From positions 68,699 through 132,698 of the forward strand of contig JALGVI010000003.1 in NCBI GenBank assembly GCA_029838215.1: a stretch of 64,000 nt of DNA, read 5' to 3'. Within the stretch, counting starts at the first letter, position 1. Each line of letters begins with the position of its first letter. A program made the position numbers and the translations under genes. This document shows, piece after piece, positions 39,122 through 48,822 of this stretch. The notes under the pieces are model-generated. The model did not search any database. It saw only the letters and a list, made by a program, of their open reading frames with translations, and was not told where the DNA came from. The DNA is from Candidatus Helarchaeota archaeon (GTDB lineage: Archaea; Asgardarchaeota; Lokiarchaeia; Helarchaeales; RDOG01).

Positions 39122-42121
39122 TTAGAAAAACCATCCCTTGCGACGAGCCCACCATTTAAAGAGTTCTATTCCCGCAATGCTCTGGAATGCTAAAACTAGC
39201 ACTACCAACCAGTCAATTGGATTTAGAAACATCCAGTACAGGTCAAGAAATCCATCTGTTAAACTCGCCAATAAGGAAATGAGAGATTGTCCCGAGACAA
39301 TTGATCCTCCCGTCATGCTCCAGTTCCCGAGAGTATTTAGTCCACCGAAAATCGTCAATCCAATTTGTCCATAGAGCACGATTCCAATAATTACCATTAG
39401 CCAGACGTTGAATTCCTCACGAATGCTTTTGAATAACGAACTGTTTGGACGACGTATGCTCCAGATCATGGCGCATTCTGATATGAAGATGACGTTCATG
39501 CACATTGTCCTGGCTTTTTGAAGATGTAATGGTGGTGGCCAAGATTTTGTTAGCAATACGGGGTCCAGCGAAGTTAGATATGGATTCAAGTTAATAAAAG
39601 GATCGGGTTGCAAGATGCTGAAAGGCAAGAGGAAAGCCAGTAGATAACCCAAAGCCATAAATGCCACGCTCACGCATAGTAGAACGAAGGTGTTCCGATT
39701 GAAAAGTTCTTCATTATTTCGCGGGGGTTCTTTCATGATATCCTTGGGAAAAGAGTCAAATGCTAGAATTAATGGTGGCAAGCTATGGACCGCTAAAACC
39801 AAGAATGTATGTTGAACGAAGGTATAACTGACGACACCTGGAATGAATGCAAGCGTGAAAAAGACAGCTCCTTCAACAAGATCGATGCAAATGAAGAAGA
39901 AGATGATCATTCTGATTCTGGAATAAATACCCCTTCCAACACGGATCCCTTTTTCTATTGAAGCAAAGTTATCATCAGAAATTACCATATCTGCCGATTC
40001 TTTTGCAACATCTGTTCCCATTATTCCCATTGCAATGCCTGTATCGGAATTCTTCAGGGCAAGTGCATCGTTAATACCATCTCCTGTCATTGCAACGATC
40101 CGATCTGCTTCATTTTGATATCGCTTGACGATGACCTCCTTATCAGAAGGTAAAACGCGAGAAAAAACAGCTGTTTTTAAGAAATCTTCCGTGGATAATG
40201 AATGAATGTCCTTTCCTTCAACAACTAACTCACCCGGTTCATAAATATTCATTTGTTGAGCAATAGCTTTTGCAGTGCTGGGATGATCTCCCGTGATCAT
40301 CACTACGGTGATCCCTGCAGATTCACAGGATTGGACTGCCTCTCTTACACCTTCTCGAGGAGGATCAAGGATCATTACAAATCCAAGAAAGACGATATCT
40401 TCTTCAACATCTTCGCGTTTCCATTTATGTTGTTTCTTTTTCTTCTTGGCTTTGGCTGGTTTTACAGGCTTTGACTCCTGCAATGGTTTGTCGAGATCCC
40501 GCACGCCAATTGCCAAGGTTCTATAACCTTGTTCTGCATGGTTTAAAATCTGTGTTTTTATCTCATTCTTCATTTCTTCAGTCAATGGCACGATCTTGTT
40601 TGACAATACTATTGATGACGAAAGATCTAAAATGATTTCGGTCGCACCCTTAATATAGGCGGTGATATTTCCTTTGGGGTCTTTATAAATCGTTGTCATT
40701 CGTTTTAAGTCCGAGTTGAAGGAGAATTCCTGCAAGATTTCGTATTCATATTTTGTTCCAATTGGATCCAGTCCTGCTTTTTCAGCCAAGACTATGAGTG
40801 CTGCTTCTGTCGGATCTCCAACTGCATTTCTAACTATCTTGGATGATTGATGTTGGAGTTTAACGAGAACGCGCTCTTCGGTTATTGAGGCATTATTGTT
40901 TAAAATTCCTGAAATTAACATCAAGTGGAGATAAGGGTAACTTTTCAATTCAATGACCGATCCATTTTCAAGAATTTGACCATTTATATCATATCCTGCT
41001 CCCGTTACATTGAAAATGCGATTATTGAACCATATTTTTTGAACTGTCATTTGATTTTGCGTGATCGTTCCTGTCTTGTCAGAGCAGACCACGGAAACCC
41101 TACCCATTGCTTCAACAGCGGAAATATTTCTTATGATCACGCCTGATTTTGCGAGGTTAAATACTCCTGTTACAAGAATCACGGTTGTCAATAATGGTAA
41201 ATTAATTGGAACCGTATTCATGGCAATTGCGATGGAATCTACGAATTGTGCTCGAATGCCAAAGATTCCTATCATTAAAGGAGTCAAAGGATTGAAAACG
41301 ACATACCAATAGACCTTGTACCAAAAAATGGTGATTAAGAGCATGATTACAATAATTGCTAAAAATCTAGCAAAATTATTCATTTTTCGAGTTAAGGGGA
41401 TATCAGGAGTTCCTGTTTCAGCCAGGCTTTTTGAAATTTTACCTATTTCTGAGAAAATACCTGTTGCGGTGACGACTATTTTTGCCCGTCCTGTAGTAAC
41501 GTAAGTTCCCATGAAGACCATGTTACTTTGTTTTTGAATGGGTACTTTACTTCCCACGATTACTCCCGGTCCTTTTTCAACAGGAACTGATTCACCTGTT
41601 AAAGGTGCTTCATTCACCGTCAAATTAAAACTTTCAATAATTCGTCCGTCAGCCGGGATCTTATCTCCGGGCGATAATAACACGATCTCACCAGGAACGA
41701 GATTCTTCATGTCAATTTCGTGAGTCTTGCCTTTCCGTAATATTATGGCTTTTGCAATGGCTATTTTTTGAAGTGATTCAAGAGTTTTATGAGCCCTATA
41801 TTGTTGGACTATTGCGGTTATGCTGTTTGCACCAATAACAATGAATGTAATCAAGGCGTTCCCACGTTCTCCCAGTGTCAATAGAATTATTGCACTTGCA
41901 ATTAGAATGATTATGAAAATATTAAAAATGGGTGCCAGATAGATCTTTACTATCGATTTCCCTGCTTTTGGAATTTCATTGAAGCCGATCCATTCCAATC
42001 GGGCATCTCTTTCCTTTATTTTTAATCCTTGATTTGGATCTGTCTCTAATTCTTTAAAAATATCTTCTAATTTTCGTGAATAATAATCTCTTCTTTGTGA
42101 ATATTGGGGAGCACGTGCCAT
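39122..42121 (-). CDS. P2-type cation-transporting ATPase with atypical membrane sites
   Basis: PGDKIPADGR, LTGES, CSDKTGT, GDPTE, KGA, DPPR, MITGDH, MTGDGINDALAL; M4 reads PINLP instead of PEGLP. Confidence 0.95.
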   Translation of the reverse strand: MARAPQYSQRRDYYSRKLEDIFKELETDPNQGLKIKERDARLEWIGFNEIPKAGKSIVKIYLAPIFNIFIIILIASAIILLTLGERGNALITFIVIGANSITAIVQQYRAHKTLESLQKIAIAKAIILRKGKTHEIDMKNLVPGEIVLLSPGDKIPADGRIIESFNLTVNEAPLTGESVPVEKGPGVIVGSKVPIQKQSNMVFMGTYVTTGRAKIVVTATGIFSEIGKISKSLAETGTPDIPLTRKMNNFARFLAIIVIMLLITIFWYKVYWYVVFNPLTPLMIGIFGIRAQFVDSIAIAMNTVPINLPLLTTVILVTGVFNLAKSGVIIRNISAVEAMGRVSVVCSDKTGTITQNQMTVQKIWFNNRIFNVTGAGYDINGQILENGSVIELKSYPYLHLMLISGILNNNASITEERVLVKLQHQSSKIVRNAVGDPTEAALIVLAEKAGLDPIGTKYEYEILQEFSFNSDLKRMTTIYKDPKGNITAYIKGATEIILDLSSSIVLSNKIVPLTEEMKNEIKTQILNHAEQGYRTLAIGVRDLDKPLQESKPVKPAKAKKKKKQHKWKREDVEEDIVFLGFVMILDPPREGVREAVQSCESAGITVVMITGDHPSTAKAIAQQMNIYEPGELVVEGKDIHSLSTEDFLKTAVFSRVLPSDKEVIVKRYQNEADRIVAMTGDGINDALALKNSDTGIAMGIMGTDVAKESADMVISDDNFASIEKGIRVGRGIYSRIRMIIFFFICIDLVEGAVFFTLAFIPGVVSYTFVQHTFLVLAVHSLPPLILAFDSFPKDIMKEPPRNNEELFNRNTFVLLCVSVAFMALGYLLAFLLPFSILQPDPFINLNPYLTSLDPVLLTKSWPPPLHLQKARTMCMNVIFISECAMIWSIRRPNSSLFKSIREEFNVWLMVIIGIVLYGQIGLTIFGGLNTLGNWSMTGGSIVSGQSLISLLASLTDGFLDLYWMFLNPIDWLVVLVLAFQSIAGIELFKWWARRKGWFF

Positions 42122-42261
42122 GAGACCGACAACCTGTAATTTTTTTTTACGTTTTGAATTGAATAGAAAAGCGAGTTTGTAGATATTGAAGACTTGATCA
42201 AATTTATTTGTTTAGATGCTCATTTTGAAAAGTCTATTGGAATGATTTTTTGTATTTTGGT

Positions 42262-43080
42262 TTAGGAAGAAAAAGATCTTGACCTGTAATGGTATTCAGA
42301 GAATTTTTTCTGATTAAAAAAATGATAATTGAATTGCTTGTTTAGGAATCGACTTAATTTTTCAAGACAATAAGAATCAACCACGAATTTGAACGGATAT
42401 TCAATCTCGGAGAGAATCAACGTGCCACGATCTTTAAGCGGGGCTGGTCCAATTCGTTTTTCCTTAACCAATTCTCCTGTTAATAAGGACAAAATGTCTT
42501 CAAAATGAAGTTGTTCTTTTCCCACCAATAACAAGCAATTTACAATTCGACGAACCATTTGGTATAAAAACGAAGGTGCTTTAAGGCGGAACGTCAAGAA
42601 ATCATCCTTTAATTCAACATTAATATACGTAATGGTTCTGTTGGTCATCGTTCCTTCTACATATTTACAAAAATTTCGAAAATCGTGCGTGCCAACAAAA
42701 AGTCTGGAGGCTGCTTTCATGTCATCGACGTCCTCACCATCATGCCTACAAATATATTCATACGATCGTGACATGGCGTGGAATCTTGGAGAAAAATCTG
42801 TGGCGACGGGTGTACTTGCCCACATGATTATATCATCAGGGAGTTTCATGTTGATTTTTGGTAGAATTAATCGTTCTTCCGTGTCAAATGCGATAACTTG
42901 TTGTAGTGCATCGACTCCTTTGTCCGTTCGGGACGCATAAAGAAATGGTTCGTCTTTTTCTAGGTAGCCTGCAGCATGTAAAGCATCGCGTATTCGTTTT
43001 TCGATGGTATCTAGGTCATTTTGAAGCTGAAATCCATGATAGTTGTTCCCTAGGTAGAAAACTCGAATCGCATGTCGCAT
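42262..43080 (-). CDS. truA: tRNA pseudouridine(38-40) synthase
   Basis: YLGNNYHGFQ, ASRTDKGVDA, FSPRFHA..RSYEY, FVGTHDFRNF, SFLYQMVRRIV. Confidence 0.95.
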   Translation of the reverse strand: MRHAIRVFYLGNNYHGFQLQNDLDTIEKRIRDALHAAGYLEKDEPFLYASRTDKGVDALQQVIAFDTEERLILPKINMKLPDDIIMWASTPVATDFSPRFHAMSRSYEYICRHDGEDVDDMKAASRLFVGTHDFRNFCKYVEGTMTNRTITYINVELKDDFLTFRLKAPSFLYQMVRRIVNCLLLVGKEQLHFEDILSLLTGELVKEKRIGPAPLKDRGTLILSEIEYPFKFVVDSYCLEKLSRFLNKQFNYHFFNQKKFSEYHYRSRSFSS

Positions 43081-43084
43081 GAAT

Positions 43085-44368
43085 TCACGTCCGGAGTCCA
43101 ATCAAGTGACTTTTTCTAATTTCACTTATTCTAACATTAATTTTCTTGCCTGAGAGATCGCTATCTTCATGTATTATGACTGATTTATAAGCAAAGTTTC
43201 TTCCAAGCCATGAGTCATCCTTACCTGCCTCCGTGACTAAAATAGAACCTTCCCAATTGATCCATGCTTTGTTTCTTTCCATTGTTATCTTGTCAACTAA
43301 CGTTGTACATGCTCTTGAACGTTTTTTAATTTCTATTGAGTTAATTTGATTGGGCATGTCTTTGGCTTTTGTCCTTGGACGCCCACCAAACTTTGAAATA
43401 TTCACGATATCGGGCTTAATAGCTTCTAGCACTCTTAGTGTATCTTCAAATTGTTTTTCAGTTTCATTTGGGAAGCCCACGATCACGTCAGTTGCGATGG
43501 TCATTAAGGGAAATCTAGAACGGAATTGTTTAATGATTCCAATAAATTCGCGAGGTGTATAATTTCGATTCATTTGGGAGAGTATATCATCGTTTCCTGA
43601 TTGTAATGGAAGATGTAAAAACTTGTATATTTTTTCTGATTCATAAGACTTGATAAGGTCTGGCAATATTTTCATGCAACTATTTGGATTCATCATTCCA
43701 ACTCGAATGTAAAAATCATCATTTATAGAAGTGATTTCGTTTAATAAATTTGGAAGGCGATTTTTTTCATGTTGATATGATGCGGTATCTTGCGCCGTCA
43801 GCCATATTTCCTTGCATCCACTTTGGACTCCTTGTCGTGCTTCATCAAGAATTTCCTCTGGTGGATAATTGAAAAGATGTCCTTTTGCTATCCGGACACA
43901 GCAATAAGTACAAGATCCCTGACAGCCTTCGCTTATTGGAATGATGCAGATGAATGGATTGGAACGAATTTTTGCCTGACCCAACTTGCTTCTTTTTTTA
44001 CTGTGAATCTGAATTATTTTTTCTCCTTCTAGGGTTCGTTCTACTGCGTCTGAGATTTGTAATAAAGCGTGAGTTCCCATAAGGCTAGCATTTGGAGCCA
44101 ATTCTTCAAGTCTTCCCGGTATGACTTCCGGAATACATCCCGCTATGATGATTTTTTTTTCAGGATGTGTTTTAACAAGACTGGTTAGTAGACTTAAAAT
44201 TTTATTTTCAGTTGGACTTTTTACCATGCAAGTATTCAAAACGATTAGGCCAGCATCTTCTAGTCTATTCGTAAATGAATGCCCATTTTTTTTTAAAATA
44301 CCACGAATGATCTCAGATTCGTGCTGATTCATGGTACAACCATATGTTTTAATAAAAATTCGAGCCAA
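43085..44368 (-). CDS. mtaB: tRNA t6A37 methylthiotransferase (archaeal e-MtaB/CDKAL1 type)
   Basis: KTYGCTMN, NTCMVK, IAGC, GCQGSCTYC radical-SAM motif, HLPLQSG, TDVIVGFP, TRAM C-terminus; TTG 44368 start. Confidence 0.92.
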   Translation of the reverse strand: MARIFIKTYGCTMNQHESEIIRGILKKNGHSFTNRLEDAGLIVLNTCMVKSPTENKILSLLTSLVKTHPEKKIIIAGCIPEVIPGRLEELAPNASLMGTHALLQISDAVERTLEGEKIIQIHSKKRSKLGQAKIRSNPFICIIPISEGCQGSCTYCCVRIAKGHLFNYPPEEILDEARQGVQSGCKEIWLTAQDTASYQHEKNRLPNLLNEITSINDDFYIRVGMMNPNSCMKILPDLIKSYESEKIYKFLHLPLQSGNDDILSQMNRNYTPREFIGIIKQFRSRFPLMTIATDVIVGFPNETEKQFEDTLRVLEAIKPDIVNISKFGGRPRTKAKDMPNQINSIEIKKRSRACTTLVDKITMERNKAWINWEGSILVTEAGKDDSWLGRNFAYKSVIIHEDSDLSGKKINVRISEIRKSHLIGLRT

Positions 44369-44369
44369 G

Positions 44370-44660
44370 CTAACCCCCTCCCACAGGGGGAATGATGACA
44401 AACTCATCTGCTTCTGTCAGTAATGTAGAGAGACCGTTTAAATCCTTGATATTAACCTTATTAATGAGAAAATTCAAAATGGGATTTAATTCACGTTTTG
44501 GTTTTGGATAAAGATAGTCTTGCAGCTTTTCACCATGTATTTCGGCTATTTTTTTGAGAAGATCCTCTACCGTTGCATCCTCAGGAAGATTAATGAATTC
44601 TTCTCTTTTTTTTACAACATCGGCAATATATGCAAAATATTTCAGAAGAACTCGAGGCAA
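44370..44660 (-). CDS. moaD: MoaD/ThiS/SAMP ubiquitin-like sulfur carrier
   Basis: Beta-grasp size, FLIN..NI, C-terminal IIPPVGGG. Confidence 0.9.
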   Translation of the reverse strand: MPRVLLKYFAYIADVVKKREEFINLPEDATVEDLLKKIAEIHGEKLQDYLYPKPKRELNPILNFLINKVNIKDLNGLSTLLTEADEFVIIPPVGGG

Positions 44661-44700
44661 GGCACCTACTCCGTATAGTTAGAAAAAAAATATATCTGAA

Positions 44701-45375
44701 TTAAAGTCCCATGACTTTTATTAGATCGTCTACGCCTTCACCCGTCTTTGCACTAACAAACAAGACATCTAGGTCTGGGTTTATGGCTTTACAATCTTTT
44801 ATTAATTGTTCTTGTGCTTCTTTTGGCATGTCAACGGCTTCTGCTATGTCCAGCTTGTTGATAACGACCAAATCGGCACCCCACGTGTCTTTTGATTGCG
44901 TGAAAATCAGTGGGTGTTTCTTCACGATGTATGGTCCATTGGCAATGCTGAACACTACAATTCTTTTTTCTGCTCCTAAAGGGAAATCTGCAGGACAAAT
45001 CATGTTGCCAACTTGTTCGATCAAACAAACGTCAACATCAGGGATGTCTTCTAACGCGGGCCGCATTGTATAAGCATCTAAGTGGCATTCACGCCCCGTG
45101 TTTATTTGAATGGCTTTTACACCGTGTCGTTGTATGCGATCAGCATCAATAGATGTTGCCAGATCTCCATTGATCACTATCATCTTATATTTGTCTTTTA
45201 ATTTTTGAACGAGTTTTTCAATGAGACTGGTCTTCCCCGAACCGATATTTCCCAAGATTTCGAAAACGCGCATCTTTCTATCTTTAAAGAATTTCGAGTT
45301 TTCTTCCGCCAGTTTTACGTTTGCACGTATGAGGTCTTCTTCCGAGCTCTCAAATTTAATCCATTCTTCGGGCAT
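44701..45375 (-). CDS. hypB: Hydrogenase nickel-incorporation GTPase
   Basis: GNIGSGKT, INGD, TGRECHLDA, EQVGNMICPADF, NKLD, SAKTG. Confidence 0.93.
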   Translation of the reverse strand: MPEEWIKFESSEEDLIRANVKLAEENSKFFKDRKMRVFEILGNIGSGKTSLIEKLVQKLKDKYKMIVINGDLATSIDADRIQRHGVKAIQINTGRECHLDAYTMRPALEDIPDVDVCLIEQVGNMICPADFPLGAEKRIVVFSIANGPYIVKKHPLIFTQSKDTWGADLVVINKLDIAEAVDMPKEAQEQLIKDCKAINPDLDVLFVSAKTGEGVDDLIKVMGL

Positions 45376-45498
45376 TTTAAATCACACGTATTTTTCAGTA
45401 TCACGCAAGGTAAATAAAATATTATTCACCTATTCTTCTTTATCATGAAATGGAAATAATCCTTATTTACTTTTCCAAAACATCGTGCACTCATCATT

Positions 45499-46137
45499 TC
45501 AATCAAATGGAAGCGGTTCTTCTTCTTTCAATGTCGAAATATCTGATTCCACGCGAAGATCCCCGTCTTCTAGCTTCCGTTGAAATTTAAATCCCAGCTT
45601 ATCAATTGTCTTTAAAATTTTATAGTTGTCCGAGAGGACCGTCGCATAAATCTTTTTGATTCCTTTCTCTTTTGCAATGGAAATCAGGTATTTGATGAGG
45701 ATTGAACCGATTCCTCTTCGTTGATAATCATCTCTTATGACAATCGACATTTCGGCGGCGTCTTCATCATGTTCGTCCACGATGTAACGTCCAATTCCTA
45801 TTAACTTCTTCTGAGGATTCTCAACAACTAAGGCAAAATTCTTTTGATAATCGATGCGAGTGAATTTTCTAACGCGGCTTTTCGGAACATTTTTCTTCGT
45901 CTGAAAAAACCGGAAATAAATGGTCTCTTGAGACAACGAATAGTAAAGCTCTAAAACCGCATCATCATCTTTTGGACTTATTGGTCTAATTGTTAATTTT
46001 TCATCATTCCGCGTTAGAAATCTCGTATATTTCTCGATATTGGGATCATTTCTTGCAATTAAGAACATCAAGTCGAGAACATCATAAATGAAATTCTTGT
46101 AATAGACGTTTTTATCGTTACCATTCATTAAAATCAC
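45499..46137 (-). CDS. GNAT acetyltransferase, Pat-like
   Basis: IRPISPKD, LSQETIYFRFF, FTRIDY, IGIGRY, YQRRGIGS, VLSDN. Confidence 0.88.
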   Translation of the reverse strand: MILMNGNDKNVYYKNFIYDVLDLMFLIARNDPNIEKYTRFLTRNDEKLTIRPISPKDDDAVLELYYSLSQETIYFRFFQTKKNVPKSRVRKFTRIDYQKNFALVVENPQKKLIGIGRYIVDEHDEDAAEMSIVIRDDYQRRGIGSILIKYLISIAKEKGIKKIYATVLSDNYKILKTIDKLGFKFQRKLEDGDLRVESDISTLKEEEPLPFD

Positions 46138-46647
46138 TCATATTTCACAAATCATGAATCGTTGACGTTCTCTAAATCCCGATTTTTTATATGCACGAAA
46201 TCCGCTGGAATTCTCAACATCTATAAGTAGAGTGCACGTTTTAATGTTCCTGAGTTTCAATTTTGTCACCAGGAATTCGAACATTCGTTGGAAGATCCCT
46301 TGTCCTCGGAATTTCTTCGTGACGACCACTTCGACCAATAATGCTTCTTTTTCTTCATTGAAGATTGGTGGTCTTGTCAGTATCTCACAATGAATCATGC
46401 CAATGATAATTCCCGCTTCTTCTGCAATGATAAAAATATGGGAATCGCGCTCCAAGTACATTTCAAAATATTCCGATACTAAAATCTTGGAAAGACGTTC
46501 TGGTTTCATGTCGTAGAAGTATGGATCATATCTGAGGTGCGAGCTTTGAAGTTCCCACCATAATGAAACGAGATCTGATAAATTTTCCTTTGTTGCAAGT
46601 CGAATTCTCACGCGATTCCCCTCAATTTGCTTTTGCTTTTCATTCAT
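46138..46647 (-). CDS. GNAT acetyltransferase
   Basis: IRLATKED-like start, VVVTKKFRGQGI, N..GFRAYKKSGF. Confidence 0.85.
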   Translation of the reverse strand: MNEKQKQIEGNRVRIRLATKENLSDLVSLWWELQSSHLRYDPYFYDMKPERLSKILVSEYFEMYLERDSHIFIIAEEAGIIIGMIHCEILTRPPIFNEEKEALLVEVVVTKKFRGQGIFQRMFEFLVTKLKLRNIKTCTLLIDVENSSGFRAYKKSGFRERQRFMICEI

Positions 46648-47141
46648 GAAATGGACTTTATAACTTTAATTGCAAAAATTCGAGCGTTTTCCAAATCTTC
46701 GTCGTCAGGATGCGTGTCCGACGTTTTTGCGGCTTCTACTCGATCCGGAAAGATCTTTGCAAGTTCTGGAATCATTTCATGCTTTCCTTGACAGGTGAAA
46801 AGTTGATTGAATAATTTTAGGTTTTTTTTCTTGCATATCTTACGAGCTTGCTTGAAAGCACCTTCATAGTGCTCTGGGATGGGAACTCCGTGAGTCGTAA
46901 AGACTGCAATTGTCGCTTCAAGACCATTTGGGAGATCTTCAAGAAATTTTTTGCATGTTTTTTGTAATTTCATGAACCAAACTGGTGAGCCGAGAAAAAT
47001 CACGTCAAGATTCTCGATACTTGGAGAATTCTGCTCTGAAAGATCGACGAGTTGTTTTTCTCCTTCAATAGTTTCGTGGATGGCTTGAGCGATTTTTTTA
47101 GTATTTCCAGTTTTCGAAAAATAAACGACTAAAGCTCTCAA
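46644..47141 (-). CDS. Flavodoxin family protein
   Basis: YFSKTGNTKKIA, FLGSPV, VFTTHG, HPDDEDLENA. Confidence 0.9.
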   Translation of the reverse strand: MRALVVYFSKTGNTKKIAQAIHETIEGEKQLVDLSEQNSPSIENLDVIFLGSPVWFMKLQKTCKKFLEDLPNGLEATIAVFTTHGVPIPEHYEGAFKQARKICKKKNLKLFNQLFTCQGKHEMIPELAKIFPDRVEAAKTSDTHPDDEDLENARIFAIKVIKSIS

Positions 47142-47153
47142 ATTGATTTCGCC

Positions 47154-47768
47154 TCATTTTTTTATATTATTATTAAATTTTTTAAGTTGGAGAGCCATTG
47201 TCACGTCGCCTCTCGTTCTTTCAATGATGCTTCGTGCCACGTCACACTTTTTTCGAAGCCCTGGAATCATTGCCTTTGGATAGTCTAGACTCGATAGAGT
47301 CTGAAATATTTCATCCATTAAAAGCAGGTATTTTTCAATCTCAGAGAAGTCATCGTGACGGATGGAGTCTAAGATGTAACGACGTAACTCTCCAACCACA
47401 TCTGCCAATCCTAATAAAACGGACAAATCCTCCACCTGTAAATCTTCAATATTCTTTCTCAAGATGGGTTCGTCCTTAATGAATTTATATACGAAAAAGG
47501 ATTCCATGAATTCTTGTTGACAACTGGTGACGTATCCTTTATAATAAACTTCGGGGTAGTCTTCTTTATACAGTCGGCGGATTTCTTCGACAATTAGTTG
47601 GTTTTCTCTTAACTTTTCTTTTGCTGACTCAAATTTACGTCTATGGATGTATTTTATTGTTTCACTTGACAAGCGAATTGATTTTCGAGAAAGGATCAAG
47701 ACTTTCTCTCGAGCCGTGTCGGAAGCATCCAATCTCGTTCTTATTCCTTGTATTAAGTCTTCTATCAT
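47154..47768 (-). CDS. Translin/TRAX family protein
   Basis: REKVLILSRKSIRLS, QQEFMES, LLGLADVVGELRR, LRKKCDVARSIIE. Confidence 0.9.
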   Translation of the reverse strand: MIEDLIQGIRTRLDASDTAREKVLILSRKSIRLSSETIKYIHRRKFESAKEKLRENQLIVEEIRRLYKEDYPEVYYKGYVTSCQQEFMESFFVYKFIKDEPILRKNIEDLQVEDLSVLLGLADVVGELRRYILDSIRHDDFSEIEKYLLLMDEIFQTLSSLDYPKAMIPGLRKKCDVARSIIERTRGDVTMALQLKKFNNNIKK

Positions 47769-47836
47769 GTATTCACTTCAGCTTTTATGTATTTTGAAAA
47801 ATAGATTTCCGAAGCATTAAAGCTTTTCGGACGAGT

Positions 47837-48805
47837 TCATGAAAATTTTTCAACGTTCTTGCTTTTTGAAAGGAGAACCACGCGACTTTGAATTGATTCG
47901 TCAACGATTTCGTATCCTGAATGCACGGCTATTTCTTTAGCGAATTCGCGAATTTTTTCGTGTGAAGGCATATTTTCAAGGGTGAGTTGTCGTCCTTTTT
48001 TCCGAGAAAAACCTAAAAACATGTAGGCTTTTGCTTCTACAAATGTTGGGTTAGCTCTATCTATCAATCTTGCAAATCCTTCTGGATTTTTAAGATTTAG
48101 TCCATCGACTAATGTAAGACGTAAAACCGTCCGACTCTTTAACGAATTAAACGATTCTAAAGTTTGATTAAAACGCTCCCATCCATCAGAAATTAACGGT
48201 CGACAGGTCGATTTATACGATTCTTTATCTGGTGCGATTAATGAAACGTATAATTGATCTGGTTCTTCGATCTTGGCAAGTACATCCGGTAACGTTCCGT
48301 TTGAAACAAGAAAAGTAATCAAGTCACGTCGCTTGCATTCCAAGATCAAGTCGCTGATGCGGGGATAGAGTAAAGGTTCCCCAGAGAGTGAAATTGCAAC
48401 TGAAAATGGATCGTTTGCCTCTTCCCACTTCTTCCAAGAAACGCTTTCGTGTGATGTTGGCTTATATCCTGATAAAATTCTTCTCCATTCATGAACGCAG
48501 CCATCTAAAATCGTCTTCGGGTCATCAAGTGGGACTTCTATTTTCGTTTGTTTCCAGTAAAAATCAATGTCCTGTGGTTGGATGCGCCAACAGAACCGGC
48601 AAGAATGGGTGCACCAGATTAAACTGGGAGAAATTTGCATGCATCGGTGACTTTTAACGCCATAAAACTTTTCTTTATAACAAGTTCTGCCTTCTACTAG
48701 ACTAAGATGCGTCCACCTGCATTTTTTAATGCCTGAATGATGTCCGACAATGTGGTATTTTTGTTTTTTTAGGAGTGCCTTGATTTCCTTTGGAAGCTCT
48801 TCCAT
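47837..48805 (-). CDS. taw1: 4-demethylwyosine synthase (TYW1/Taw1)
   Basis: HSGIKKCRWT, CYKEKFYG..SHRCMQ, WCTHSCRFCWR, AISLSGEP, VSNG, EAKAYM. Confidence 0.95.
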   Translation of the reverse strand: MEELPKEIKALLKKQKYHIVGHHSGIKKCRWTHLSLVEGRTCYKEKFYGVKSHRCMQISPSLIWCTHSCRFCWRIQPQDIDFYWKQTKIEVPLDDPKTILDGCVHEWRRILSGYKPTSHESVSWKKWEEANDPFSVAISLSGEPLLYPRISDLILECKRRDLITFLVSNGTLPDVLAKIEEPDQLYVSLIAPDKESYKSTCRPLISDGWERFNQTLESFNSLKSRTVLRLTLVDGLNLKNPEGFARLIDRANPTFVEAKAYMFLGFSRKKGRQLTLENMPSHEKIREFAKEIAVHSGYEIVDESIQSRVVLLSKSKNVEKFS

Positions 48806-48822
48806 TAATTTATTCCTTCTTT

